Below the pieces are notes generated by a model. It worked only from the letters and a program-made list of their open reading frames with translations. It made no database searches and was not told the origin of the DNA. 64,000 nt of DNA, taken from Octopus bimaculoides. Lineage: Eukaryota. Where the stretch lies: positions 76,691,866-76,755,865 of the forward strand of contig NC_068991.1 in NCBI RefSeq assembly GCF_001194135.2, read 5' to 3'. The position numbers and the translations under genes were made by a program. Below are positions 1 through 11,764 of this stretch, piece after piece. How positions within the stretch are numbered: the stretch's first letter is position 1; each line of letters starts with the position of its first letter.

Positions 1-546
1 TAGTCTCGCTGTGAAATTATGCCCAGGAGAGCTTTTTCCGCAGCTTCTGATAAAGTATACTTCCGCTGCTATCTTCGTTAATTTGGGAGTATGAGCCGAA
101 CGAATTGTGATAAATTTTCAAATGACAATGAAACCGATCGGCTTTGTTGCCTTTCTAAGCCAAGCAGAAGGCCTTTGAGGGATAACTTTACAAAATATCT
201 AAATACATGTGGGTCTACATCTGCATATATACGTATTCATTGCCAAGCCCACGTTGTATTTGAAATCTAGTCATTAATATGAGACCATGGGTTTTATGCT
301 TTTATACAAATCAGTTATCAATTATTCAATGGGAATGTTAGAATTATAAAAAACCGTAGATATTTATTCTGTTTTAAATATTAATATTCCTATTTCCTAG
401 TCTCTTTTGCTTGCATATTTTTGAACGTATATTTGATTGCATTCCATTATTAAAGCACTACGTGTTGTATCCAACTGTGATGTTACCATAACAACGATAT
501 ACTGAGAAAACCCTTTTTCAGCCTTGCTAGCAAAACCAGTTTCTAC

Positions 547-548
<2 letters not shown>

Positions 549-603
<55 letters not shown>

Positions 604-606
604 TAG
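549..606. repeat. (TA)n microsatellite next to an assembly gap
   Basis: Near-perfect TA run read directly; N-run starts at 652. Confidence 0.95.
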
Positions 607-940
607 AGAGAGAAATATATATATATGTATTTATGTGCATGTGTGCGTTTGNNNNNNNNNNNNNNNNNNNNNNNNNNNNNNNNNNNNNNNNNNNNNNNNN
701 NNNNNNNNNNNNNNNNNNNNNNNNNNNNNNNNNNNNNNNNNNNNNNNNNNNNNNNNNNNNNNNNNNNNNNNNNNNNNNNNNNNNNNNNNNNNNNNNNNNN
801 NNNNNNNNNNNNNNNNNNNNNNNNNNNNNNNNNNNNNNNNNNNNNNNNNNNNNNNNNNNTCTATCTATCTCCTTCTATCCCTCTCCCTCACCTTCTATCT
901 CTCTCCCTCTCCTATTCCTCACCGTCTCTCGCGTGCACTC

Positions 941-942
<2 letters not shown>

Positions 943-989
<47 letters not shown>

Positions 990-1002
990 GTGTGTGTGTG
1001 TG
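943..1002. repeat. (GT)n microsatellite
   Basis: GT run read directly. Confidence 0.95.
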
Positions 1003-2234
1003 TTCCTATATTACAGTATCAATAGCGAAGTGTCTCGCTGTAAACAGTGGAGTAACGCCAGCAGTGCAGTATTATAGATATTGTTTATATGTTAGAATAA
1101 AGTAAAAACAAAATTAAATCCAACAAATGTACTACATGATCAAATATATTGTATACTATGATCAGCAAATAGAAGACTTACATATATTCATACTTTTGTG
1201 TGACATCAACTCTAATATTTCAAGTGTTATCAATCTACAGACAATTCCTTGGCAAAAGAAAAATCCACAGAATCTGGTTAAAACCTTTGAATCGAGTGAA
1301 AATATAACATTTTCATGAATGGCAAAAGAAGTGCTGTCTTATTTCCATACTTTATTTTCACTTGAAGATTCCAGCAAGCAAATATAACCAGACACGTACT
1401 ACCTGATATCATATTCTGTGCCAATTTCAAAATGCCTCCTTAATTTAATTTCAGACCCTGATAATCCACTTACAAATGTAAGGAAACTTACTAGGATACA
1501 CATACTACTTGTTTATTTTCAAAATGTCTTTCTCTCTTTCTGATACATTGTGTCAGCCAATATAATGCTTGTGAAACGGAATTCCATTTAACATGTGTTT
1601 TGTAATATCATCCGTAGTGAAGATAGGTTTTAACAGGAAATTCTTAGAAACGAGATTAAATTGGTGACGGGTAGCAAGCAATTCGAACAGCTCGGCAAAA
1701 AACACTTAATTTCGCTTTTCTCTGATTAAGAAATATAAATGTGATATATCATTCACGCCTTTAGTTTTGTTACTTTTATTATTGATGTTGTTTATATTTT
1801 TACTTGTTATTATATTTTTTTCTTTGGTGGCGACTTCTTAGAACGGTTTATAAAATAATAGGTGAAGAAAAATGATAACAAATGAAATTTTAAGAGTAAA
1901 ATCAATAACTTCGTGATCTTTCCAAATGATAAATGATAGGATTCAGCCGCTAAAATTTTCGCTCTGCAAAACAAGGTGAGGTTAGTTGAGATTAGGAGAC
2001 ATAAAAATCACAAAAACTAGTTTTTAATCTAATCAAAGAAATGTAAGATATAAAAATAAAATTCCATTAACAGTGTTGTTGTTGTTGTTGTTGTTGATTG
2101 TAAGATGGGGAATCTGAGAAATAATGGTACCTAGCACATAAACATGAGACTGGATTCACAAGGGAAATGAAAAGAAAATCTAGATATTTATACCTTTTGT
2201 AAGAGCATTAGCGAGGTGATGGTTACGGACACTA

Positions 2235-2664
2235 AGACGGCGAGCTGGCAGAAACGTTCGCACGCCGGGCGAAATGCTTAGCAGTATTTCGTCTGCCGTT
2301 ACGTTCTGAGTTCAAATTCCGCCGAGGTCGACTTTGCTTTCATCCTTTCGGAGTCGATAAATTAAGTACCAGTTACGCACTGGGGTCGATGTAATCAACT
2401 TAATCCCTTTGTATGTCCTTGTTTTCCCCCTCTATGTTTAGCCCCCTTGTGGGCAATAAAGAAATAAGAATCGTTAGCTCGCCGGACGAAATGCTTAGCG
2501 GTATTTCGTCTGCCGTTACGTTCTGAGTTCAAATACAGCCGAGGTCGACTTTGCTTTCATCCTTTCGGGGTCGATAAATTAAGTACCAGTTGCGTACTAG
2601 AGTCGATCTAATCGACTGGCTCCCTCCCACAAAATGTTGGGCTTTGAGGCTAGAGTAGAAAAGA
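2235..2664 (+). mobile_element. Head-to-tail dimer of tRNA-derived SINEs with a MetaSINE-like central domain
   Basis: Two copies of GAAATGCTTAGC.GTATTTCGTCTGCCGTTACGTTCTGAGTTCAAAT...GAGGTCGACTTTGCTTTCATCCTTTCGG.GTCGATAAATTAAGTACCAG with different 3' tails; flanked by ATGGTTACGGA(C/T)ACTA at 2219-2234 and 2665-2680. Confidence 0.9.
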
Positions 2665-3151
2665 ATGGTTACGGATACTACGAAGAAAAGCCCAAAATAG
2701 CAGGTNNNNNNNNNNNNNNNNNNNNNNNNNNNNNNNNNNNNNNNNNNNNNNNNNNNNNNNNNNNNNNNNNNNNNNNNNNNNNNNNNNNNNNNNNNNNNNN
2801 NNNNNNNNNNNNNNNNNNNNNNNNNNNNNNNNNNNNNNNNNNNNNNNNNNNNNNNNNNNNNNNNNNNNNNNNNNNNNNNNNNNNNNNNNNNNNNNNNNNN
2901 NNNNNNNNNNNNNNNNNNNNNNNNNNNNNNNNNNNNNNNNNNNNNNNNNNNNNNNNNNNNNNNNNNNNNNNNNNNNNNNNNNNNNNNNNNNNNNNNNNNN
3001 NNNNNNNNNNNNNNNNNNNNNNNNNNNNNNNNNNNNNNNNNNNNNNNNNNNNNNNNNNNNNNNNNNNNNNNNNNNNNNNNNNNNNNNNNNNNNNNNNNNN
3101 NNNNNNNNNNNNNNNNNNNNNNNNNNNNNNNNNNNNNNNNNNNNNNNNNNN

Positions 3152-3188
<37 letters not shown>

Positions 3189-4100
3189 CTTACATACACG
3201 TGTATGTGTGTATGAGTGTTTTTGAGCCAGTTTCTTGTATTATGAAATGTCAGAATATAAGTGTGTTTGTAAATACGGTGATGTTTATAGTTTATGAAAG
3301 AACTAATGAGAGAGAAGCTAGCTTATAACAGAAATATCTGGAAGTTGTTCTAACTAAATATTTCTATAGTGACAAAAGAATGTTTTGTTAAAACAGTCGC
3401 TCTATTGAAGCATGAAGGATTGTGTAAATTGATCATAATCTGTGTTCGTTATTTTTTCCCATTCTTTCATTCTATCAAGTATCACAGTTTGTTTACAGTC
3501 ACACACTTATGAAGAAGAAAATATTCGCTGTGAGTTTATTGGAAGATGTACGTACATTTCTAGTCGAAAGCCCTAGGATTCTTGCACTGCAAAAAGCCTT
3601 TTTAAGAACCGTACGTTGATGTCAGACGGTGTTTCATCTTGTAACTATTTTATGTTGCAAAGTAGTTTAGTATGAAGTATGTTTAATAACCGAAACGCAC
3701 CTAAAGTACAATGCAATCGACAAGCACTACAGACCAGGTGAAGTTAAAGTTTATTTCACATTAGTTATTGTGTTTGGAGCTGAGCTCTGTGGCCGACATA
3801 TACTCAATGTTATTATCGCTGAAAACTCGTGAAACGATCTCCAAAACCTGTAAGAGACAACGCTGTGCCTAGTTACCGAGAACTAAGATAGTAAAGTAAA
3901 TAATTGTTTGAAATTAAAGATAATTGGTAACATTTTTTCGTAAAATATTACAAAGTGGTTATCAAAGAATACAAAAATTGTGAGTATCAAAAGACATTTT
4001 TTAAAAAGGAGTTGGCAAACTTATTTTATAAAAACTTTTATTTTTCCGCCATCATTATTGACTATACTGGTCGAATTAATTTTGACTCGAATTTACAGGT

Positions 4101-4198
4101 CTAATAGGCTAGAGCTTATTCCGGTTTCCGTAAACTTTAAGCGACCAAGAGTAGAAGACTTTCCCTGAGCGGGACGTCAATCTGTCAGAGATAACTAC
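4101..4198 (-). mobile_element. SINE 3' fragment of the family seen at 6440-6720
   Basis: Reverse complement (..GGAAACCGGAATAAGCTCTAGCC..) aligns by eye with the tail of the 6440 SINE (..GAGACCAGGATAAGGTCTGG..). Confidence 0.55.
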
Positions 4199-4199
4199 G

Positions 4200-4660
4200 G
4201 TGAAGAAGGAGGAATTCCAACCACGTTTCGTGGATCGCTACCTCAACAGCTCCTTCATATGATCCAGTGACTAAGGCATCATCAGGAGGAACCACATCTG
4301 GTTTCGGCCCCTACTCCTCTACCTTTTTCGACGTGGCGCCCCCCCACCCTTCGGAGGTGTCTTCAGCGCTGGTATTCAGTGCATTTTTTGGGTGGGGGGG
4401 GTGCCTTTTGCTCTTTGGTTTCTTCGTTGCAGCGCCAACGAATGTCAGCGAGCGAATGACCTACCAGCCAAATTTACCTTTAAAGACACGCCGGCAGGCT
4501 CCACCAGCTAACTGTCACGTGACACAATCTAAACTTCAACTGACCAATGGAGGGAAAGGGCGCGTAGTTTTACCCTGCGCCCTCTCTAGACCTACCTTCC
4601 AACAGAGTCGTGTTAGCTTCAGTTCCAGCAGCCAGAGCCGACCAACCAGCTTCACCTAGC
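4200..4660 (-). mobile_element. GC-rich segment, probably a retrotransposon ORF1/UTR fragment
   Basis: Locally GC-rich; minus strand gives an interrupted low-complexity peptide (ATSKKVEE*GPKPDVVPPDDALVTGSYEGAVEVAIHETWLEF); same strand as and close to the ORF1 remnant at 5345-5831. Family assignment is inference. Confidence 0.35.
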
Positions 4661-5344
4661 GATGCTATTTCTTAGTCGGCATGTTATGGCTTTCTCAAGA
4701 AAACAACGCCTCATTCAATCCGAGAATAGAACCCATGATTTAACAACCGGGAGCCCAAAACAAAAACCATAATGTCACACATCTTCACTAAACGAGTAAA
4801 GATAAAAAAAAAAGAGAGAATTTTTAAGGCCCTTACGTCTTCCATGGGAATTAAAGGAATAATTGAAATAGCAACAATTGGGAATTGATTTTACGTTGCA
4901 GAGATTATTTGTTGTAAGCTTATTCTCCCATACAAAGCACTTTCCAACAGTGAATAAGAAACAGGAATTTACAATTTTATGCATTCGTTTCATGAATGAA
5001 TTAACATTCAATTTAAAGGCGTTTAAAATTCTTTGCTATATTTACTTCATCTGTTTCTGTTATTATGCATGACCAGTGAATAATGAAAATGGGATTTCTT
5101 TAAACGTCAAGAAGGAAATATTTTTTAATAAAAATAATAATTCAGAATTAGTTTGTTTTGTTTTTGGGTTTTTTTTCTTTGTTGTTTGTTCTTGTTTTGT
5201 GCTTTTTAATACGATTGGCCTGACTTCTTTTTTAACAAAGTATGCTGATAATCCTTTATACTTTAGGTACAAGGCCTGAAATATTGGTGGGGAGGGAGCT
5301 AGTCGATTACATCGACCCCAGTACATGACTGGTGCTTATTTTAT

Positions 5345-5831
5345 GGTGGTGGTAGTGGTGGTGGTGGTGTTGCTTCTCTTCTTGGTGATGTCGAATCTGC
5401 TGAGTGTGGTGTTGATTGGTTGAATTGGTTGAGTTGGTTGGTTAGTTTGTTGGTTAATGGAGCTGTTTTATTTGTTCTGCTGATGGCGGTGTAAGGTTGG
5501 TTTGCTATTGGATTTTTTTTACTCTTGTTGTTGTTGTTGTACTATTGGGCAGTCGACTTTGAGGTGGTTTTTGCTACCTCAAAGGTAACAACGTGGCCTT
5601 CTGCCTTCAACGGCCACGTGTAGGTTTGTGCCGTCCGGCAGTTTTACTAAATCTGGGAGATTTTCAATCGTCTCTCGATTCGCTTGGATCAAGAGCTCCA
5701 TCCCCTGTCCTACCCAGTTTTGCTGTTCCAGGACGGCAACTTCTAGTATATTTATTTCCTCCTCAAAGTCATACCAGGTGATTAACACCAGCCATCTTAT
5801 CTCTATCTCGGGCGAAAGCAGATGCTGTTAA
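5345..5831 (-). pseudogene. Degenerate non-LTR retrotransposon ORF1 (gag-like) with a CCHC zinc knuckle
   Basis: Reading through the stop at 5579-5581 gives LHVAVEGRRPRCYL*GSKNHLKVDCP, i.e. C-x2-[C to stop]-x4-H-x4-C, followed by Q/T/P-rich low complexity; typical of L1/Tx1-type ORF1. Confidence 0.75.
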
Positions 5832-5943
5832 ATTTTTGACAAAATTAAATAAAATTGAATACAAGTACATATAAATAAACACGAGAAATTGTTTGGACTT
5901 ACGAGAGACGATCCGACGACACCAGTCAGAAAGAGAGAGAGAG

Positions 5944-6008
5944 ATGGATGGATGGATGGATGGATGGATGGATGGATGGATGGATGGATGGACGGACGGA
6001 CGGACGAA
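5944..6008. repeat. (GGAT)n/(GGAC)n microsatellite
   Basis: Read directly. Confidence 0.95.
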
Positions 6009-6439
6009 TGGATTAAATGACACAGACATGAAAACTTACATTGAGGACTTTAAGTTTCTGCATTTTATCAGCCTGTTTATCAGCTCAGCGTACTTAGGGC
6101 AAAAGTGAGCCGTGTACTAGTTTCGTTCATTCATGATGGGTCGCATATTTGCTTTGCTTTGTTTTCATTTGTTTGTCAGGAAAATCGGGGTGGCGTATAG
6201 AACAAAAACGGATGAGAGACACTGATTTAGTAGTTTTCTCGTCAAATGATAACTAAATTCATGTGCTACCCTATCTAAACACAGAACAGAGCCGAACGGT
6301 GGAAGCAAAGTAAAGATGTAGGACTTACGTTGGCTACGACAATGACATGCGTTCTTCCTCTCACAGATGTAAATATATAGACTGAAAAATCATGTGATGA
6401 TTGTGAGTTTATGTCCCGTTACTAGTCAAGCTATGAAAA

Positions 6440-6720
6440 GGCTTGTGGTCTAATGGTTAAGATGTTGGGCTTATGATCGCTAGGTTACGGGTCCAATTAT
6501 CTGACTGAGTGACACGTTAAGTCCTTGAGCAAGACATTTCATTTCGCGTAGCTTCACTACACTCAGTTAACAATAAGTACCAGCGCCAGCTGGAAGCTAA
6601 CTCTCTGAATGGGCTGGTATCCAATCCAGTTGAAGGAAACCTGTACACTTAGGTTTAAACACTGCAGAGACCAGGATAAGGTCTGGTGTAATGAGCGTGT
6701 AGACTCGACTAGCTTTTAAC
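6440..6720 (+). mobile_element. tRNA-derived SINE, degenerate
   Basis: A-box-like GTGGTCTAATGGTTAAG, then GTCCTTGAGCAAGACA..CACTCAG..AATAAGTACCAG body and ACCAGGATAAGGTCTGG tail. Confidence 0.75.
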
Positions 6721-7759
6721 TTGAATTGGTAAGGTATCGAACATACGACATTGTTCATAAAAAGTAATACCTCACCAAGAATATAAAGATGACTGTGATA
6801 TTTTTGGAAGGGAAAATATCTTCAGAATTTTTGCTACAGAGAAAATAACATTTCAATGCATTTTTGTTACCTTCTTCGGCCCTGAGACGTAATTATTTGG
6901 AGTCTGACTTACAAACTAAATAAATACACATCGATTACATAATACTGCCTGTTTGGTAATGGCATTCATTAGAAAATAGTTTGAGTACACCACCGATAGC
7001 CAATTCAGTTATTTACGGAGACTGCACACTGCTTTTGACGAATTACAAATCATGAACTTTTTTACTTCTAGTCTGACATTTTATCAACCAGACGATTTGA
7101 AGATCTCAGGGCTAAAAGAACAGAGTAAAAAGGAAAACGAAAAAAAGAAAAATGTGTCATTTTAGCTATATTGCTCATTTAAAACATACAAAACTTCAAA
7201 TTCAATTTTTATTTTCGTCGTGCGACTGTACCATGATCATTGAAACAGTTCCACTACAATTGCTGGAAATTTAAAGACATGATTTCTTTTTCTACCCTGT
7301 TGAACTTACAGTTAAATTGTTGCATGTCTGTAATATGAACCTTTTGACATCATTTATCGATTGGTCTCTGTTCTTTTGTACGTATATAAAATTTAAAATT
7401 TTCAACGTACATAAGTTTCACACTTCAAGAAATAAAAGTGAATTTAAGTAGTTTAAATAGCTCTTTCAATATGTAATTACTTTAGTTTCAACACACAGTC
7501 ACAGGTCAAGTCAGGTCACTGGAAAGAGAGTGTAAGATCCAGAAAAAAATGTCGAAAAAAATATGTGCAAAAAAACGGAAGTTAGAAAGCAAACGAGAAA
7601 GGTGGGAAGATAGAAAGAAAGAGGCGGGAAGAGACAGACTCAGGTAGACAGAGAGCATAAGGAAAAGGTAGAGTTAGTAGGTGATAGACTTAACAAATAA
7701 CAAAGTAAAACGGAGAAACTTGGAAGAACTTGGAGTGAGATAGAATGCAATGGGGAGAA

Positions 7760-7807
<48 letters not shown>

Positions 7808-7870
7808 AACAAACAAACAAACAAACAAACAAACAAACAAAGAAGAAAAAGGAAGGAAGAAAACAAAGAA
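7760..7870. repeat. (GAAA)n-(CAAA)n compound microsatellite
   Basis: Read directly. Confidence 0.95.
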
Positions 7871-8732
7871 AGCAAATGAGAAAACTAGCTCTAAGTTTTG
7901 TGAAGTAGTCTACCATGACGGAGGAGGAGGAGGAGGAGGACAGTTAGAAGCATTGTTCAGCTTTATTAGATATCATCAATGAAGCATGGTCTTCTCAAAT
8001 CTAGTTTGATCAGTGGACATATATATTTACGAATAGAAATATTGTTACGAAGACTTTTGGAACAACAAAGAAACAAAGAAAGAAAGAAAGAAAGAAAGAA
8101 AGGAAGGAAGACGAAAAAAGAAAGGAAAGAAAGAAAGACGTTTGTATGAAATCGTGTCAATGGTCGTGGATGGTTCTTGAAACGTTTGACCTCTCCCTGC
8201 CATATTTGGAGTATTTATCATTTCGTTTTACTTTTTAAAATAAACATCATAAACACTCATACTGTTGTGCGAGAAATGGCTTTATAATATGAGGCTTAAA
8301 AGATAAAAACCGGTTATTATATGGTATTAATAAAATAGACATTGAAAATTATATTTTATTAAATGCGTGACTTTAAAGATAAGAAACGTTATTATAATGG
8401 TATTAAATATTTTTAGCGTTATATTGAAAATAAAATTATTTAAATATAGATGGAATTATAATTCATACGGATGGTAAATGTGATGGGAAAACATTTGCGG
8501 AGTAAATCAAACTGGTAACTAATTTAAGGCCAATGTAGGTTTTCGTTTGTCTCATCAGAATTAAAACTACGTTCAGATAATGAATTCCATTTTATCAACC
8601 TCCAAGCTAATTTCAGAATCTCTCGAATGCAGCCGAACGTGTTATTTTCATCACTTTTGGATAAGTCACGTGAGTAAATGATTACACTGATAACTTCTAA
8701 CTTTAGCCGTGTTTTTTATTTGTTTCAATTAT

Positions 8733-8952
8733 TGGACTGCGGCCATGTTGGGGCACCGCTTTGGCGGGATTAGGTGAATAAATTCTCTCCAATACTTATT
8801 TCTTTAAAGCTTGGTATTTATTCTTATTATTAGTTTTGTCGAACCGCTAAGTTACGGAGACGTAAGGAAGACACTTACCCAAGGTGGGGACTGAACCCGG
8901 AACCATTTGGTTGGAAAACAAGCTTCTTATCACACAGCCACGCCTGCGCCTA
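8733..8952 (-). mobile_element. tRNA-derived SINE with internal deletion
   Basis: Minus strand starts TATAGGCGCAGGCGTGGCTGTGTGATAAGAAGCTTG..GGTTCCGGGTTCAGTCCCCACC and ends ..CCCCAACATGGCCGCAGTCCAAT; same layout as 50470-50705 and the plus copy at 17670. Confidence 0.8.
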
Positions 8953-9114
8953 TATATTCATGTTATTATATCCTGATGTGTGTAAAGGTTCGACGTTAGA
9001 ATCAAAATAACTTGCACCTCTATATTCGACAGTTCGTGAAAGTAGCTCTAATGTTATGAAAATAATAAATTTATGTGTGTACAGAATAAGATGGGGAAAA
9101 AAAAACATCTTTTA

Positions 9115-9312
9115 TCCTTTAGCTGTTTCAGTCATTGGACTGCGGCCATGCTGGAGTTCTGCGCTGAAGGGTTTAGACGAACAAATAGAAGTCGACTTTG
9201 CCTTTCATCCTTTCGGGGTCGATAAATTAAGTACCAGTTGCGTACTGGGGTCGATCTAATCGAATGGTTCCCTCCCCCAAAAATTTCGGGCCTTGTGCCT
9301 AGAGTAGAAAAG
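9115..9312 (+). mobile_element. Composite SINE fragments: inverted tail plus Meta-like domain and tail
   Basis: GTTTCAGTCATTGGACTGCGGCCATGCTGGAG joined to GTCGACTTTGCCTTTCATCCTTTCGGGGTCGATAAATTAAGTACCAG...GTGCCTAGAGTAGAAAAG. Confidence 0.8.
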
Positions 9313-9799
9313 ATTCTTTAACACCATAGGACATCATTATCCGACAGTAATTATTTTATTACTAACTTCATTAACCTCAATAGATAGATATATCATACCC
9401 TTTGCGAGGTGAAAGACCCTAGATTATTGAGTTAATAATATGACACAAAGTAAAGTAAAATATATATTCGTGTAAAGTCATATTTAACACGTTCAAGTGC
9501 ATTCGGATGTATGAAGACCTTTCGCTACAGAACTAGTCCCGAGAAGAAATTTCCAACCTTGGGCTGTGAATGATGTAATTGGATCGTAGGATACATGCGT
9601 ATGCTACTGTGTCTTTTAGCTTTGTCAGCTACGAAAACCAAACCCGTTGTTCAAAGTCTGACAAGAACGAAACCATTCTTACAAAAATAGCATATAGTAT
9701 GTAGGCTAATGTGCATAAAGCTTAGTCAAACTAGAATTAAATAATGCCACATGAAGCAGTGTTGAATAAACTTGTGTTAAGTCATATTTAACACGTTCG

Positions 9800-9960
9800 A
9801 GAGTATTCGGGTGTGAGAATACCTAATTGACGAAGGGAAAAGATGCAGTCTTCAATCCAGTGACTTCGTTCACACTCCAAAATATGTCTTGACAAATGTC
9901 TAAGAGTAGAATATTCTCCCGTGGCTACTTCCACAGAAACAATACTTATAATAAGATATG
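9800..9960 (-). pseudogene. Possible RTE reverse-transcriptase remnant
   Basis: Minus ORF contains ERSHWIEDCIFSLRQL, resembling the RTE motif RSTxDxIFxLRQL; short match only. Confidence 0.3.
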
Positions 9961-10178
9961 CTTTGAGAATGATAGAAAAACAATCGGATAAATGCATAAC
10001 AAAAGCCCCAGGACTAACAACATACAGATACTAGCAATATTAGGAACGACATTGTTGTTGCTTTGAGCATTTTCCTTACCGTAAAAACAACAAAGTCATT
10101 TCTAAATATTGTTCACACTCAAAACACTCAGAGCTGAATCAGTTTTTCAGTGAAAACACGCAATGCAATGAAGATTAT

Positions 10179-10180
<2 letters not shown>

Positions 10181-10237
<57 letters not shown>
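10181..10237. repeat. (AAT)n microsatellite
   Basis: Read directly. Confidence 0.95.
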
Positions 10238-10329
10238 CATTATACTCCCAACTTCGTACAAGCACACATAATCATGCTCTCTCTCTTTTTCTCCCCCATC
10301 CTATCTCTCTATTTCTTCCACACACACAC

Positions 10330-10369
<40 letters not shown>

Positions 10370-10522
10370 ACACACACACGCACACACACACACACGCTCA
10401 TACAATTCTATTTCACTCACTCGTATTCTCTCTCTTATCTTTTCATCGTTAACGCAATAAAACTTTCATGATTCAATTTAGCCGACGGTAATTTACTGAA
10501 TTTTTGATAGTAAACAGCAGTA

Positions 10523-10580
10523 GAAGAAGAAGAAGAAGAAGAAGAAGAAGAAGAAGAAGAAGAAGAAGAAGAAGAAGAAG

Positions 10581-10610
<30 letters not shown>
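10523..10610. repeat. (GAA)n microsatellite
   Basis: Read directly. Confidence 0.95.
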
Positions 10611-10611
<1 letters not shown>

Positions 10612-10831
10612 GGCAGCAATTGTAATTTTTGTTGATGTTTTTGTCATTATTCTAGTTGTTGTTGTTCTTGTTGTTGTTGCTTCCTGTGTCTTTTTTTCCC
10701 CCTCTTTGATCCCTTGAACTGTTTAACTGAATAAAAAATTCATAAAACATGGTGAAAATGGATTGTTGCATCGAAAATGTGGGGGGTTTTTTGTGATTTT
10801 TTTGTGATTTTTTTTTTAATGGCTTAACCAG

Positions 10832-10894
10832 ACGATGAAGAAGACCGCCATGGGCTGATGGAAGAAAGCCGAAGTTGTGTTCACAGAGATGGGG
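10832..10894 (+). CDS. Candidate 63-nt internal exon of an unidentified gene (xDEEDRHGLMEESRSCVHRDG)
   Basis: T-rich tract plus TTAACCAG acceptor, GGG|GTGAGT donor, length a multiple of 3, one open frame, GAAGAA-rich. No protein family recognised. Confidence 0.25.
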
Positions 10895-11074
10895 GTGAGT
10901 TCTAATGGTGAACGTGTAAGTATTGTCATGCAAAAGATGTGGTGCGCGCAAGCGGGTTGTCCCCGTTCGGATCGTGCTGCAATGGTCCGGTGTTGGTGTG
11001 TAAGACGGTATCCGGCGAATTTCTCTACAACGATTCATCTACAGCAAAATTATCTATGGATACAATTCATCTAC

Positions 11075-11590
11075 AACCACACACACACACATACACACAA
11101 ACATACACACACACGTACATGCAACCAAACACACACACGTACATGCAACCAAACACACACTCACACACATACCACCACACACACACACACAAACACATAC
11201 AACCACACACACACATACAACTACACACACACGTACAACCCACACACATACAACCACTCACACACATACAACCACACACAGCCACATACATACACATACA
11301 CATACATACAACCACAAACACACACACATGCATACAATCACACACACATACACACGCACATACAACCAGACACACACATACAACCACACACACACATACA
11401 TAAAACCACATATACATACAACCACACACACATACAACCAGACACACACATACAACCACACTCAAATACGCATAACCACAAACACACACACTCACACACA
11501 TACAACCACACACACATACATACAATCCCACACACAACCACACACACATACACACACACACACACACGCACACACACACAACCACACATA
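11075..11590. repeat. CA-rich minisatellite (TACAACCACACACACA-like unit)
   Basis: Repeated TACAACCAC motifs within CA runs; explains the H/T- and V/C-rich ORFs. Confidence 0.9.
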
Positions 11591-11764
11591 GATAAATTGT
11601 TGTAGACGAATTCACCCAGAACCATTGTAAAGAATTGTATTGTGAGACGATAATCGTTTTAACCCCAAATCAGTCCTAATCGAAAAGACATACAATCAAA
11701 AACGTATTCAGTGCTTCTCCTACTGAAGTGTTCTTCCTTTTGTTTTTATGTTTTTTTAGCGTGT

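Noticed and set aside
1455-1477. 23-nt exon candidate (TTTCAG|...|GTAAGG)
   Set aside because: Expected by chance in AT-rich DNA; no other support.
6329-6381. Minus-strand 53-nt exon candidate (YIFTSVRGRTHVIVVAN)
   Set aside because: Splice signals only; no homology and no linked exons.
9478-9820. ~45-bp imperfect direct repeat around GTCATATTTAACACGTTC (9478 and 9781)
   Set aside because: Short, two copies only, no TSD or LTR hallmarks.
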